This document shows positions 16,608-26,675 of a stretch of 37,617 nt of DNA, in pieces. Source of the stretch: a bacterium (GTDB lineage Bacteria > Margulisbacteria > WOR-1 > CAVSGV01); assembly GCA_043820455.1 (NCBI GenBank), contig JBDRDU010000061.1:1-37617 (forward strand), read 5' to 3'. Each line of letters starts with the position of its first letter. The stretch's first letter is position 1. Below the pieces are notes generated by a model. The model did no database searches. It was not told the DNA's origin and was given only the letters and a program-made list of their open reading frames with translations. Position numbers and translations under genes: made by a program.

Positions 16608-18971
16608 CTATTTTCTTATCTTAACGCCGAGTTTTTTTGCAAGGTTAAGGGATATCTCCTCGTGTTTCGCGTTCACTTCCTCATCGGTAAGGGTCCTGTT
16701 TGCCTTCCGGTAAGTCACGGAATACGCCAGGCTGTAATATCCTTTTTCTATCTGGTTCCCCTCATATTTGTCGAACAGGGCTATTCCCTCTATCAGTTCC
16801 CCTCCAGAAGCCCTGATCTCGCCTATGATCGCCTTGTTGGAGACTCCATATGGAACGATCATTGCGATATCACGCTTAACGGCGGGATACAATGGTATTT
16901 CCTTGTACTTTGGAGGAAGTTTTTTGATGTTCAATGTTTCATCAAGGTCCAGGGAAATAACGTATATGGGCCCTTCTATTTCAAGTTTGCGCCCGATATC
17001 CGGATGAAGCTCCCCGAACACTCCTATCGTCTTTTCTGTCTTATGGATCGCCGCCGACCTGCTCGGATGATAGCCGGGGAAAGCATTCTCTTTAATTTCA
17101 TAACTGACGCCAAGGTATCCTAGAATATCCTCTATAATCCCTTTTATCTGGAAAAAGTCCATGTTTTCTTTTTTTCCGTCGTAACGGTAAGATCTTTTGC
17201 CGTATAGGACCGCGCCAAGCTCGGCTTTCTCTGTAATTACTCCTTTATCATCCTTGTAAAATATCTTCCCTGCCTCGAAAATGTTCACATCCTCTACCTG
17301 CCTGTTCAGGTTAAAGGTCAGAACTTTCAAAAGGCCCGGCAGAATAGATGGCCTCATAACTGAGAGGTCATCCGATATGGGGTTCAATATCCTTATGCTC
17401 TGCCCGCGCTTTTCCCCTATATCCGCTTCTTTCGGCGGCAGCATTGAATAAGTGAGGACTTCATTCAATCCCGCATCGATCAAAATGGTCTTTATCCTTT
17501 TTATCTGGTCCTCAGAAACGCCTTTAGTGTTCTTTATTTTCAGGTCGGGATTAGTTACGGGTATCTTTTCATAGCCATGGATCCTTGCTATCTCTTCTAT
17601 TATGTCTATCTCTCTTTCGATATCGCCGGCACGGAACAGAGGAACTTCCACGTTCGATCCTTTAACCTTAAATCCCAGCCTGCTGAGTATGGAGCTTATT
17701 TCCGTGAACTTAAGATCTGTCCCTAGAATATCGTTCACTCTTTTCAGCCTTAATGCAACTTTTTTCGGTTTACGGTCTTTTGCTTTTATGTCCACTTTGC
17801 CGGCTGATATTTTTCCGCCAGCAAGTTCCCCCATGAGGTCCGCGGCCCTGTCAAGAGCGGCTTCAACGCCATTCCAGTCCACTCCCCTCGCAAATCTGAT
17901 GGATGATTCAGTTCTTAACTTTAAATATTTTTCCGCTTTATGGATGGTTTTTGGATCAAAGTACGCTGATTCAAGAAGGATATCTTTTGTTGAATCAATG
18001 ACTTCAGTACTCATGCCTCCCATGACCCCGGCAACAGCGATAGCTTTTTGAGCGTCAGCGATAACAAGGCATTCCCCCAATTCCCTCTTCTCGCCGTCGA
18101 TAGTGGTCATTTTTTCGCCCTTTGCGGCCTTCCTGACGATCAATGTCCCATCTTTAAGCGAATTGAGGTCAAATGCATGAAGAGGCTGCCCCATCTCCAG
18201 AAGGACGTAGTTCGTTATGTCGACCACGTTATTGATAGGCCTCATCCCGCAGGCGATAAGCCTTTCCTGCATCCACTGCGGGGACGGCTTTATTGAAACG
18301 TTCTTTATCACCCTTGCCATATATCGGGGGCACAGACCTTTATCCTTGACCGATATTTTTGCCGATTTTTTTATTCCTTCCGAAGATTCCCTGACCTTTA
18401 TTAAAGGGAACTTCGCTTTTTTGTTCAATATCGCCCCGACTTCTCTGGCGACCCCGATAATTGACAGGACATCTATCCTGTTGGGCAGGACATCTATGTC
18501 CAGGACCGCCCCGCCTATGCCGAGGACCTTCCTTATATCCTCTCCAACAGCCGCGTCTTTCTCCAGAATGAATATTCCCTCGGCGGTGTCAGAAAGCCCG
18601 AGTTCCACCTTTGAACAAAGCATACCGAATGATTCAACGCCGTGAAGTTCCCTGTTCTGTATCTTGATCCCCGACGGCAGAGTCGCGCCGTGGACCGCAA
18701 CGGGGACCTTATCCCCCACTTTTACGTTCCCGGCTTTGGTAACGATCTGAAGTATCTTTATCCCCGTGTCGACCTGGCAGATCATGATGTCAGGTTTTGT
18801 AGCGTGGCGCTCCGCTGCCTTGACCTTGCCGACAACAACATCAGATATGGACCTGCCGTGATACTCTATCGCTCCAACTTCCAGCCCTGCCATGGTAAGT
18901 TTGTCAGCCAAAGCTTCCGGCACGAGGCCGACTTTTATATATTCCTTAAGCCATTGAAGAGGTACTTTCAT
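16608..18971 (-). CDS. pheT: Phenylalanine--tRNA ligase beta subunit
   Basis: N-terminus MKVPLQWLKEYI, tRNA-binding OB domain, B3/4 and B5 domains, and a C-terminal FDX-ACB domain (FDKYEG...SLAYSVTYR). 787 aa. Lies directly downstream of pheS. Confidence 0.96.
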   Translation of the reverse strand: MKVPLQWLKEYIKVGLVPEALADKLTMAGLEVGAIEYHGRSISDVVVGKVKAAERHATKPDIMICQVDTGIKILQIVTKAGNVKVGDKVPVAVHGATLPSGIKIQNRELHGVESFGMLCSKVELGLSDTAEGIFILEKDAAVGEDIRKVLGIGGAVLDIDVLPNRIDVLSIIGVAREVGAILNKKAKFPLIKVRESSEGIKKSAKISVKDKGLCPRYMARVIKNVSIKPSPQWMQERLIACGMRPINNVVDITNYVLLEMGQPLHAFDLNSLKDGTLIVRKAAKGEKMTTIDGEKRELGECLVIADAQKAIAVAGVMGGMSTEVIDSTKDILLESAYFDPKTIHKAEKYLKLRTESSIRFARGVDWNGVEAALDRAADLMGELAGGKISAGKVDIKAKDRKPKKVALRLKRVNDILGTDLKFTEISSILSRLGFKVKGSNVEVPLFRAGDIEREIDIIEEIARIHGYEKIPVTNPDLKIKNTKGVSEDQIKRIKTILIDAGLNEVLTYSMLPPKEADIGEKRGQSIRILNPISDDLSVMRPSILPGLLKVLTFNLNRQVEDVNIFEAGKIFYKDDKGVITEKAELGAVLYGKRSYRYDGKKENMDFFQIKGIIEDILGYLGVSYEIKENAFPGYHPSRSAAIHKTEKTIGVFGELHPDIGRKLEIEGPIYVISLDLDETLNIKKLPPKYKEIPLYPAVKRDIAMIVPYGVSNKAIIGEIRASGGELIEGIALFDKYEGNQIEKGYYSLAYSVTYRKANRTLTDEEVNAKHEEISLNLAKKLGVKIRK

Positions 18972-18994
18972 GACCTATCTCCGTTATTCATGAA

Positions 18995-20011
18995 TTAAAA
19001 CTGCCTCAAAAATCTCAGGTCATTCTCATAGAACAACCTTATATCAGGTATGCCGTATTTAAGTATCGCGATCCGTTCTATGCCCATCCCGAAAGCAAAC
19101 CCGGAATATTTCTCAGGATCATATCCGACGTTCCTGAAAACGTTCGGATCGACCATTCCTGCGCCAAGTATCTCAAGCCACCCCGTGTTCTTACACACCC
19201 GGCACCCCACTCCGCTGCAGATGATGCATTCAATGTCCATTTCCGCGGACGGCTCTGTGAACGGGAAGAATGACGGCCTGAACCTGACGCGCCGTTCAGC
19301 ACCGAACGTCTCGCGGGTAAAATAAGTAAGAGTGCCCTTCAGGTCGGCAAAGGATATGTTCTTGTCAACGACAAGGCCTTCAAGCTGGTGAAAAACGGGG
19401 GAATGGGTCACGTCCGCGTCGCACCGGTAGACACGTCCCGGCATGATGATCGACAGCGGAGGATTTGTCTTTTCCATGACCCTTATCTGCACAGGAGAAG
19501 TATGCGTCCTTAAAACATGTCCTCCTTCAATGAAAAATGTCGCCTGCATGTCCATTGCGGGATGTTCGGAAGGAAAATTGAGGGCTTCAAAATTGTTCCA
19601 GTTCGTCTCTATGTCTGGTCCTTCCGCCACGGAATAACCTATCCTAGTGAATATTTGCTTTATTTCTTCAAGGGTCTTTGTGATCGGATGGAGCTTACCC
19701 TTGATCATCCCGGTCCCTGGAAGGGTTATGTCTATTTTTTCTCCTTTTAACTTTCTTGTCGTCTCTTCGCGTGAAATATTCCCTGTTCTTTCGTCTATCA
19801 GCAGCTTTATCTTGTTCTTTATCTCATTTGCGAGCTGCCCTGCTTTCGGGCGGAGAATGTCGGAGAGCGAGGGAAGAAGCTTCAAGGCCTCCTGTATCTC
19901 GCTTTTTTTTCCGAGATATTTTATTCTTAGCCCTTCAAGCTCTTCCAGGGAAGATGCTCCCGTTATCGCAGATACGGCTTCCTGTTCTATCTTTAGCAGT
20001 TTATCCTGCAC
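18995..20011 (-). CDS. pheS: Phenylalanine--tRNA ligase alpha subunit
   Basis: Class II aaRS motifs: HPITKTLEEI, RTHTSPVQIR, FRPSFFPFTEPSAE and GFAFGMGIERIA. 338 aa. Confidence 0.96.
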   Translation of the reverse strand: MQDKLLKIEQEAVSAITGASSLEELEGLRIKYLGKKSEIQEALKLLPSLSDILRPKAGQLANEIKNKIKLLIDERTGNISREETTRKLKGEKIDITLPGTGMIKGKLHPITKTLEEIKQIFTRIGYSVAEGPDIETNWNNFEALNFPSEHPAMDMQATFFIEGGHVLRTHTSPVQIRVMEKTNPPLSIIMPGRVYRCDADVTHSPVFHQLEGLVVDKNISFADLKGTLTYFTRETFGAERRVRFRPSFFPFTEPSAEMDIECIICSGVGCRVCKNTGWLEILGAGMVDPNVFRNVGYDPEKYSGFAFGMGIERIAILKYGIPDIRLFYENDLRFLRQF

Positions 20012-20801
20012 TTGTTCTCCTTTGCCTCAGAGCTTCATATAAAATCACGGCGCACGAAACAGCGGCATTCAGGGATTCAACTCCTCCGAGCATCGGGATG
20101 GAAACCGACTCATCTGAAAGCCTTTCAACTTCCGAGGATATTCCCTTGCTTTCACTGCCGATAACAACGGCAACGGGGCCGCTATAATCCACCGAATAAT
20201 ATTCTTTTGCGGCATCTACAACGGTCGAAATCATCCTTATCCCACGCCGTTTCAATGCTGATGCGAGATCGATTATATCATCAATTTTTACGATATTTAA
20301 ATGAAAAATCGACCCTGATGAAGACCTGATAACCTTGCTGTTATACGGATTGACCGTTCCTTTCGTTAATATGATCCCTGAACAGCCAGCGGCATCAGCT
20401 GTTCGAATGATCGTCCCCAGATTGCCGGGATCCTGAACTCCGCATGCAACAACTATCAAAGGATCGTTCTTCTCAAAGAGACTCCCGAGATCGGAGATCT
20501 TCGGCCTGACCGCGGCGATGATCCCCTGCGGGGTTTCGACCTCGGAAAGATCTTGGATCACTTTTTCGTTTGCTTCTTCGTTCGGGATGCCGGCTGAGAT
20601 CAATTTTCCCAAAAGGTCCCTGCCTTCAGATGTTTCAAGGATTTTTTCGCTGTAGATCACCTTCTCAAGAAGTCCCGCCTGCATCGCTTCTCTCACAAGG
20701 TGAACACCCTCAACTAAGAATTTGCCCGCGGTCCTGCGGGGTTTATTTGACTTAAGTGAGCTGAAATACTTCACTTTTTCGTTTTGGCTGCTGGTAAGCA
20801 T
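20001..20801 (-). CDS. TrmH/SpoU-family RNA 2'-O-methyltransferase
   Basis: N-terminal L30e-like substrate-binding part (NEKVKYFSSL...FLVEGVHLV) and SpoU knot motifs (VQDPGNLGTIIRTADAAG, VVIGSESKGIS, IPMLGGVESLNAAVS). The methylase-pheS-pheT order matches that known in Bacillus (ysgA-pheS-pheT). Confidence 0.82.
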   Translation of the reverse strand: MLTSSQNEKVKYFSSLKSNKPRRTAGKFLVEGVHLVREAMQAGLLEKVIYSEKILETSEGRDLLGKLISAGIPNEEANEKVIQDLSEVETPQGIIAAVRPKISDLGSLFEKNDPLIVVACGVQDPGNLGTIIRTADAAGCSGIILTKGTVNPYNSKVIRSSSGSIFHLNIVKIDDIIDLASALKRRGIRMISTVVDAAKEYYSVDYSGPVAVVIGSESKGISSEVERLSDESVSIPMLGGVESLNAAVSCAVILYEALRQRRTSAG

Positions 20802-20808
20802 CTATCTT

Positions 20809-22230
20809 TTAATATGCTCCGGAACCGAAGATGATCGTCGGAATGGTCCGCAGGACTATCCTGAAATCCATCCAAAGGGACCAGTTCTCGATATAATAAA
20901 TGTCGAGCCGGACCATGTCCTCGAACGAGAGCTCGCTTCTTCCGGACACCTGCCAAAGGCCGGTGATCCCCGGACGGACCCGAAGTCTTTTCTTGTGCCA
21001 GGCGGAATATCTTTCGACTTCGATCGGCAGAGGAGGCCTGGGCCCGACCAGACTCATATCACCCATCAGAACATTCAACAGCTGCGGCAATTCATCGATG
21101 CTGAGTTTTCTTATTATCTTGCCCACTCTCGTGATGCGCGGATCATCTTTTGCCTTGAACCTGATTATGTCACCGCCCTTTTGAGCAATAACCTCTTCAA
21201 GCCTTCCCTCGGCGCCTTGGACCATTGACCGGAATTTGTAAAGGTTGAACATCTTCCCGTCTTCGCCCACCCGCTTTTGAGTGAAAAGGACCGGCCCTCT
21301 TGATTCCAGTCTGATCGCAACCGCGAAAAGAACGATCAAGGGCGACAGTACCAAAAGCGCTGTAAGAGAAACGCATATATCAACGAACCGTTTTAAAAAG
21401 GCATTGAATCCCTGTAGCCCGATCTCTTTTATCGTAAGAAGTGGGATCCCTCCTATTTCGTCCGTAGAGATCCTGGAAGCGATCAGTTCGAGTATTCCCG
21501 GCACAAGTTTGAACTCCACTCCCTCCGATTCGCATTCCATGATGATGTCCAGCACTTTTTGCTGGCGCAATTTCCCTGTCGCCAGAATGACCTCATCAAT
21601 ATTAAGTTCCTTTATCTTGTTCTTTGTGCTGATGATCAACCCTATAACAGGGACACCATAAAAGTCCCTCCCTGTTTTATCCGGATCGTCATCCAAAAAC
21701 GCCACGGCTTTATATCCTATCTCTTTTTCCGTGGATATTTTGAAAGCAAGCCCCTGTCCGATCTCCCCTGCTCCCAATATAAGGGTCCGGCGGACGCCCA
21801 CCCCTCTTTTATAAAGCTCTCTCTGAACGCTGTTCAGCACATACCTTGAAAATATCATTAATGCGGAGCAGATCAGCAATGCATAAATGAGCAGCGCTCT
21901 TGAGAACCAGAATTCCCTGTACAAGAACAGGAGCGCAAATAAAAGCAGCACGCCCGCAATGGTTGCCCCGAATATCGATGATGCCTCATCCGCAGTGGAT
22001 GTAATATCTTTCTTATCATAAAGCCCGAGCAGCTTGAACAATGCCAGCCATAAGAACGTTACAAATACGAGAGAATAATAGAACCTGTGCAGCTGCGGCA
22101 CTATCGCAGGCATTTCCCCCAAGAACCATTCAAACCTCGCATAATACGCTAAAATGAAAGCGACATTTATCATGACAGCATCTATTACGATGAGCAGTAA
22201 AGCCGGGAATTTTGCGGATCTTTTTAACAT
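20809..22230 (-). CDS. Initiating polyprenyl-phosphate hexose-1-phosphate transferase (WbaP/EpsB-type large PGT)
   Basis: Four or five N-terminal TM segments, a central Rossmann/CoA-binding-like domain (RTLILGAGEIG), and a C-terminal bacterial sugar-transferase domain (KRFVDI..., FKFRSM, DELPQLLNVLMGDMSLVGPRP). Confidence 0.86.
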   Translation of the reverse strand: MLKRSAKFPALLLIVIDAVMINVAFILAYYARFEWFLGEMPAIVPQLHRFYYSLVFVTFLWLALFKLLGLYDKKDITSTADEASSIFGATIAGVLLLFALLFLYREFWFSRALLIYALLICSALMIFSRYVLNSVQRELYKRGVGVRRTLILGAGEIGQGLAFKISTEKEIGYKAVAFLDDDPDKTGRDFYGVPVIGLIISTKNKIKELNIDEVILATGKLRQQKVLDIIMECESEGVEFKLVPGILELIASRISTDEIGGIPLLTIKEIGLQGFNAFLKRFVDICVSLTALLVLSPLIVLFAVAIRLESRGPVLFTQKRVGEDGKMFNLYKFRSMVQGAEGRLEEVIAQKGGDIIRFKAKDDPRITRVGKIIRKLSIDELPQLLNVLMGDMSLVGPRPPLPIEVERYSAWHKKRLRVRPGITGLWQVSGRSELSFEDMVRLDIYYIENWSLWMDFRIVLRTIPTIIFGSGAY

Positions 22231-24611
22231 TATTTCGCTCTCCCCAGCATATCCTTCGCGTACTGGTTGTTAGGATCTACCATCAACGACTGGTTGAATT
22301 CCTCCCTAGCCTTATCCTTTTGTCCAAGTGTGAGAGACACAAGTCCCAAGCCATTATGAACGTTCACATTTTTCGGGTCTATCAAGTAAGCCCGTTCAAA
22401 ACTATCCTTTGCTTTTGCAATATTCCCCATTTTCGCGGCCATGAATCCCAAGTTGATAAGGGCTGTTATGTTCTTCGGATTCACCGCAACCATTTCTTCA
22501 TAAACTTTTAATGCCTGGCCTATCTCGCCTCTCCTGACATATATGGACGCGAGATTCTCCTCAAATACTGGATTGTTCGGATATCTGTCAAGGAAACCCT
22601 TAAATATCTCGATGACTTTTTCTGATCTGCCAAGTTTCATATATATGTTCGAAAGGCTTGCCACAACATCGGACAGCTGGGGATTGATCTCGACCGCTTT
22701 TTCATACATCTGGGCGGCTTCTTTGTTCTTCCCCCTTTTTTCATACACGGAACCGATGATCTGATAAGCCTCCGCATAAAGCGGGTCTATCTGGATCGCT
22801 TTCTGCTCCGCATCGATCACTTTGTCCAGGTATTTGCCGTCGTTCATGGACAGAATATAATAAGCTCTCCCGGTTATGTAAAAATTATCCGCACTGTACG
22901 GGTCCACTTTGCTTGCAAGGTTAAGAATGTCCACCGATTTATTGATATAACTACCGTCTTGGGCCATCTGGGCTAGATTAAGAACGGCTATGCCGTAATG
23001 CGTCCACGTGCCTGCCTCATAAGGGCTTATCTTCAAGGAAGTTTTGTACTCCTTTATCGCATAATCGAACCGCCTTGAATCAGTTAAGGTCTTCCCCGTC
23101 TTAAAATGCATATCGGCTCGGAACTGTATGGTCGATAAATATGCGACAAACAAGGCAAGGATTATCGTGACAGCAAATATCAACCAGGGGATATCTGAGA
23201 GATCAACATTCTTATCGGGTTCCGGTTGCTGTGCCTTAACGTATATCGATGCTGTCATCCCCATCATTATCCAGAGAAGCGTTGTTATCGCCACCACCCC
23301 AAAACTGAATTGATTTTGAACAAGGTATGCCGCGGATGCCCCCAAAAAGCCGGCCGTGAACAACTTAAGTTCAGGATCATAATCGCCCCTGATCAATTTG
23401 CATCCTATATAAAAGAAAGTGAACAGCATCCAAACATAAACAGCAAGAGCAATGACACCCCTTGTCACTGCCATATCGCATACTTCGTTATGGCACCTGT
23501 CCTGTTTAACATGAAATCCTTCATAAAAACGGAATTTGTCGGTTTCATATCTAGGGAACACCATTTTAAGCACTTCTTGGCCGATCCCGAAGAAAGGCCT
23601 GTCGGCAATTATCCTGTAACCGCTCTTCCATGTCTCGAACCGTGAGAGAGCGGCGCTGTACTGCATGATCGGCGTCTCTCTTTTTCCGAGTTCCTCTCCC
23701 ATTCTTGATGCTTCATAAGCAGCCCTGCCAAAAGGGGAAAAATCCGGGTTCAATGAGGTTATTGCGGTAACGATCACCACCAATATGAACAGGACCGAGA
23801 GCTCTCTCCATTTGCCGATGGTCAAGTCCCTGTTAGCCAGGGTAAAGAACAAAAACACGCCCGCAAAAAGGCCCATAAATCCGCCGCGACTCTGGGTATA
23901 TAAAATACAAATATAAATGAGGAACATGCTCAATATTAATGACCATCTGATCGCCCAATCATATAATACGTGCCAGTCGAACGGAACAAGCCGTTTAATA
24001 TCCCCCATATTAAGGAGCAATGCCAATCCAATGATAAAGGCCATGTCCACGTATGCGGCAAGAAAATTCGGCTGCCCTATCGTCCCGATGACCCGTTGCC
24101 ACGTGATCACCCCTCCCCATGCATAAGGATCCAGCCCCATCCTTTGGATCACGCCATATATGGCCATACACACTCCCGCGATTATTACCGTATACATAAC
24201 CCTTAATATCTGTTCTTTAGAATGAATAAAATTTGTTGTAATAAAAAATATTAACCCGTAAACATAAAGAGTGGAAAGCCCTTCATATCTCCCGTAAAAG
24301 CCCATAAAGCTTGTAAGCACGTGAACAGACGTAAGAGTTGCTATGGTGCAGACCAGCATATAGGACAGTACAGGATAGTCCAGTGGACTGCGAACGAATT
24401 TATGCTTCTGTTTCAGCATTATCTTGACCGCCCAGATGGTCAAGATAATTATAATAATGATCCTGATGGTAGTGACCTTCGTTAGAGAAAAAACTATGCC
24501 CACGCGCCTGTCAAATATCACCGGAGCAAGAAAGACCAACGCGATATAGAACATTTCTATGGCAATATCAAACATTGACTCCCGCCTTGCGGATCTAACT
24601 TCTTTTGGCAT
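22230..24611 (-). CDS. O-antigen ligase/polymerase (Wzy_C) family membrane protein fused to a C-terminal TPR array
   Basis: About 450 aa of polytopic membrane domain with the YTQSRGGFMGL loop typical of Wzy_C/WaaL-like proteins, then about 300 aa of TPR repeats (AYYILS..., AEAYQIIGSVYEKRGKNKEA..., NGLGLVSLTLGQKDKA...). Start chosen at ATG 24611 (AAGAGG 7 nt upstream). TTG 24617 and ATG 24575 are alternatives. Confidence 0.75.
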   Translation of the reverse strand: MPKEVRSARRESMFDIAIEMFYIALVFLAPVIFDRRVGIVFSLTKVTTIRIIIIIILTIWAVKIMLKQKHKFVRSPLDYPVLSYMLVCTIATLTSVHVLTSFMGFYGRYEGLSTLYVYGLIFFITTNFIHSKEQILRVMYTVIIAGVCMAIYGVIQRMGLDPYAWGGVITWQRVIGTIGQPNFLAAYVDMAFIIGLALLLNMGDIKRLVPFDWHVLYDWAIRWSLILSMFLIYICILYTQSRGGFMGLFAGVFLFFTLANRDLTIGKWRELSVLFILVVIVTAITSLNPDFSPFGRAAYEASRMGEELGKRETPIMQYSAALSRFETWKSGYRIIADRPFFGIGQEVLKMVFPRYETDKFRFYEGFHVKQDRCHNEVCDMAVTRGVIALAVYVWMLFTFFYIGCKLIRGDYDPELKLFTAGFLGASAAYLVQNQFSFGVVAITTLLWIMMGMTASIYVKAQQPEPDKNVDLSDIPWLIFAVTIILALFVAYLSTIQFRADMHFKTGKTLTDSRRFDYAIKEYKTSLKISPYEAGTWTHYGIAVLNLAQMAQDGSYINKSVDILNLASKVDPYSADNFYITGRAYYILSMNDGKYLDKVIDAEQKAIQIDPLYAEAYQIIGSVYEKRGKNKEAAQMYEKAVEINPQLSDVVASLSNIYMKLGRSEKVIEIFKGFLDRYPNNPVFEENLASIYVRRGEIGQALKVYEEMVAVNPKNITALINLGFMAAKMGNIAKAKDSFERAYLIDPKNVNVHNGLGLVSLTLGQKDKAREEFNQSLMVDPNNQYAKDMLGRAK

Positions 24612-25701
24612 CAACAAACCTCTTATATTTTTGCTCTACGAATGACCTGATCCGTGTTTTAAATATTTCTTTATCGAACTTTAGCGCATTATCTCTTATC
24701 ATTATTGCATCAAAATCCATTTTCAGGAATCTTTTAATCGCATCGGCCAAAGAATGTTCGTTTTTTTTATTAAAAAACACCCCCGTCTTGTCATCCAAAA
24801 CGGTTTCCAGCGCTCCGCCTGATCCATATGCGATCACTGGTCTTCCAGCAGCCTGTGATTCAACGGGCGTAATGCCAAAATCCTCTTCTCCAGGAAAGAT
24901 AAATGCCCTGCATCGGGCATAATAATCCGGCAGCTCTTTATCCGAAACCTTTCCCAGAAATTCGATGTTCCTGCCGGCCATGGCCATGAGCTTTCTTTTA
25001 TAAGGGCCTTCCCCTATTATCTTAAGTGGCAGGCCGAGCTCATTGAAAGCTTTAATGGCGATATCAACTTTTTTATAAGCATTTAATCTCGACACGACGA
25101 GAAAATAATCTGAAATATTTTCCGATGGAGAGAACGCTGTCACATTTACCGGCGGATAAATCACCTCAGATTTGACATTGTAAAGATCTTCGATCCTCTT
25201 AGCAATATAATTCGATATTGCGATGAAATAGTCGACATTCTTATTTGTTTTCAGGTCCCATTTTTTCATCCCTTTTAACAAGCCCGGTAATATCAGCCTT
25301 ACTAGCAGATTATAGTCTTCTTTTTCAATATAATCCTCATATCTCCATACGAAACGCATAGGTGAATAGCAGTAACATATATGGCACGCATCAGCCCCTT
25401 TCCTGATGCCTTTGGCAAAAGCGCTGCTGCTGCTCAGAACAACGTCATAATCGGACAGATCAAAACTTTCAAATGCCACAGGATACAAGAACAGGTACTT
25501 TTTAAAATGCTTTCCCAAGAACGGCAGGCGCTGCATAAAAGAAGTGCGTATATCCATTTTCTTAAAGGACGCCGGTAATTTACTGGGAAGATAAATTGAG
25601 GTATAGATCGGCGCCTGGGGAAAGATTTCATGCATGACCTCCACAACCCTCTCTGCGCCCCCAAACTGGTTCAAATAATCATGGGCAATAGCGATCTTCA
25701 T
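24595..25701 (-). CDS. GT4-family glycosyltransferase
   Basis: N-terminus IAIAHDYLNQFGGAERV. The C-terminal GT-B half has RCRAFIFPGEEDFGITPVESQAAGRPVIA (E-x7-E region). ATGA overlap with the upstream gene (25698-25701). Confidence 0.82.
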   Translation of the reverse strand: MKIAIAHDYLNQFGGAERVVEVMHEIFPQAPIYTSIYLPSKLPASFKKMDIRTSFMQRLPFLGKHFKKYLFLYPVAFESFDLSDYDVVLSSSSAFAKGIRKGADACHICYCYSPMRFVWRYEDYIEKEDYNLLVRLILPGLLKGMKKWDLKTNKNVDYFIAISNYIAKRIEDLYNVKSEVIYPPVNVTAFSPSENISDYFLVVSRLNAYKKVDIAIKAFNELGLPLKIIGEGPYKRKLMAMAGRNIEFLGKVSDKELPDYYARCRAFIFPGEEDFGITPVESQAAGRPVIAYGSGGALETVLDDKTGVFFNKKNEHSLADAIKRFLKMDFDAIMIRDNALKFDKEIFKTRIRSFVEQKYKRFVDAKRS

Positions 25702-26651
25702 TTAATTACGTCTCTCCAGTAATCCAGAAGATCTTTTAATGTCTGTTCAAAAGGTATTTGAGGTTCCCATCCGGTCTTTTGTTTGAATTTGGCGAAATCT
25801 CCCTGCAATACCTGAATGTCAGACGGCCTCATCTTTTGAGGGTCTGGCCTTACCTCGCACTTGACCGCGGCGATCCTGATGAGCGAATCAAGCAGATCCT
25901 TTATTTTTACCGCTTTGCCGGAGCAAATGTTATAAACTTCGCCCGGGTCACATTTGTTCATCGCCAGCCAATATGCCCGGACAACATCCCTTACATCCGT
26001 AAAATCCCTCCAGGTGTTAAGGTCCCCCACTTCAATAATGGGTTCTTTCTTCTTTTTCTCTATCATGACTATCTGTTTTGCAAAAGCTGAACAAACAAAA
26101 GCATCTTCGCGCCTCGGACCGGTAAGATTGAACGCCCTTGTTCTGATTATTTGAAGACCATAGCTTTTAAAATACTGATACCCCAGAAGGTCCTGTCCAA
26201 CCTTGCTTACCGCATAAGGACTTATAGGCCTCAGCATATTTGTTTCCTTAACAGGCTGTTCATCTTTTGTGACAAATCCGTATTCTTCGCTGCTTCCAGC
26301 AAGAAGCATCCTGGGGTTCAACTTTGCAGACCTGACAGCCTCGAAGATATTCAGCTCACCGATGATATTCGTTATCATTGTCTCTGCAGGCGAAGCCCAA
26401 GAAGCCTTAACTGAGCTTTGGGCAGCCAAATGATAAATGTGATCCGGCCTAACCCTGTCGATTAAATCCCTGATCGTCATTGCATCGCGAATATCGCACT
26501 CATAAAGCTCCAGCCTATCCTTAATTTTTTCAATATTCTCAAGCCTGCTTCTCCAGCGAGTGGTTGCGCATACCTTATCATGTTTTGTCAGAAGAAATTC
26601 CGCAAGATGGCCCCCCACAAAACCTGTAACACCTGTAATTAAAACTTTCAT
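25698..26651 (-). CDS. Extended SDR of the GDP-mannose 4,6-dehydratase / GDP-6-deoxy-4-keto-mannose reductase (Gmd/Rmd) group
   Basis: VLITGVTGFVGGHL Rossmann motif, SSEEYG, YAVSK (YxxxK), RAFNLTGPRR and RDFTDVRDVVRAY. At 317 aa it is shorter than classical Gmd. Confidence 0.7.
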   Translation of the reverse strand: MKVLITGVTGFVGGHLAEFLLTKHDKVCATTRWRSRLENIEKIKDRLELYECDIRDAMTIRDLIDRVRPDHIYHLAAQSSVKASWASPAETMITNIIGELNIFEAVRSAKLNPRMLLAGSSEEYGFVTKDEQPVKETNMLRPISPYAVSKVGQDLLGYQYFKSYGLQIIRTRAFNLTGPRREDAFVCSAFAKQIVMIEKKKKEPIIEVGDLNTWRDFTDVRDVVRAYWLAMNKCDPGEVYNICSGKAVKIKDLLDSLIRIAAVKCEVRPDPQKMRPSDIQVLQGDFAKFKQKTGWEPQIPFEQTLKDLLDYWRDVIK

Positions 26652-26675
26652 GGCTGGTTGTCTCCTTTTCTGGAT

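Noticed and set aside
18972-20011. Search for a pheST leader peptide, attenuator or T-box upstream of pheS
   Set aside because: The pheS start overlaps the 3' end of the TrmH-family gene by 11 nt, and the pheS-pheT gap is 23 nt. There is no room for a leader RNA.
24761-24768. T8 homopolymer in the GT4 gene (and T8 at 19903-19910 in pheS) as phase-variation tracts
   Set aside because: Eight-nucleotide A/T runs encoding Lys/Phe occur in essential genes here too, so they look like background composition rather than contingency loci.
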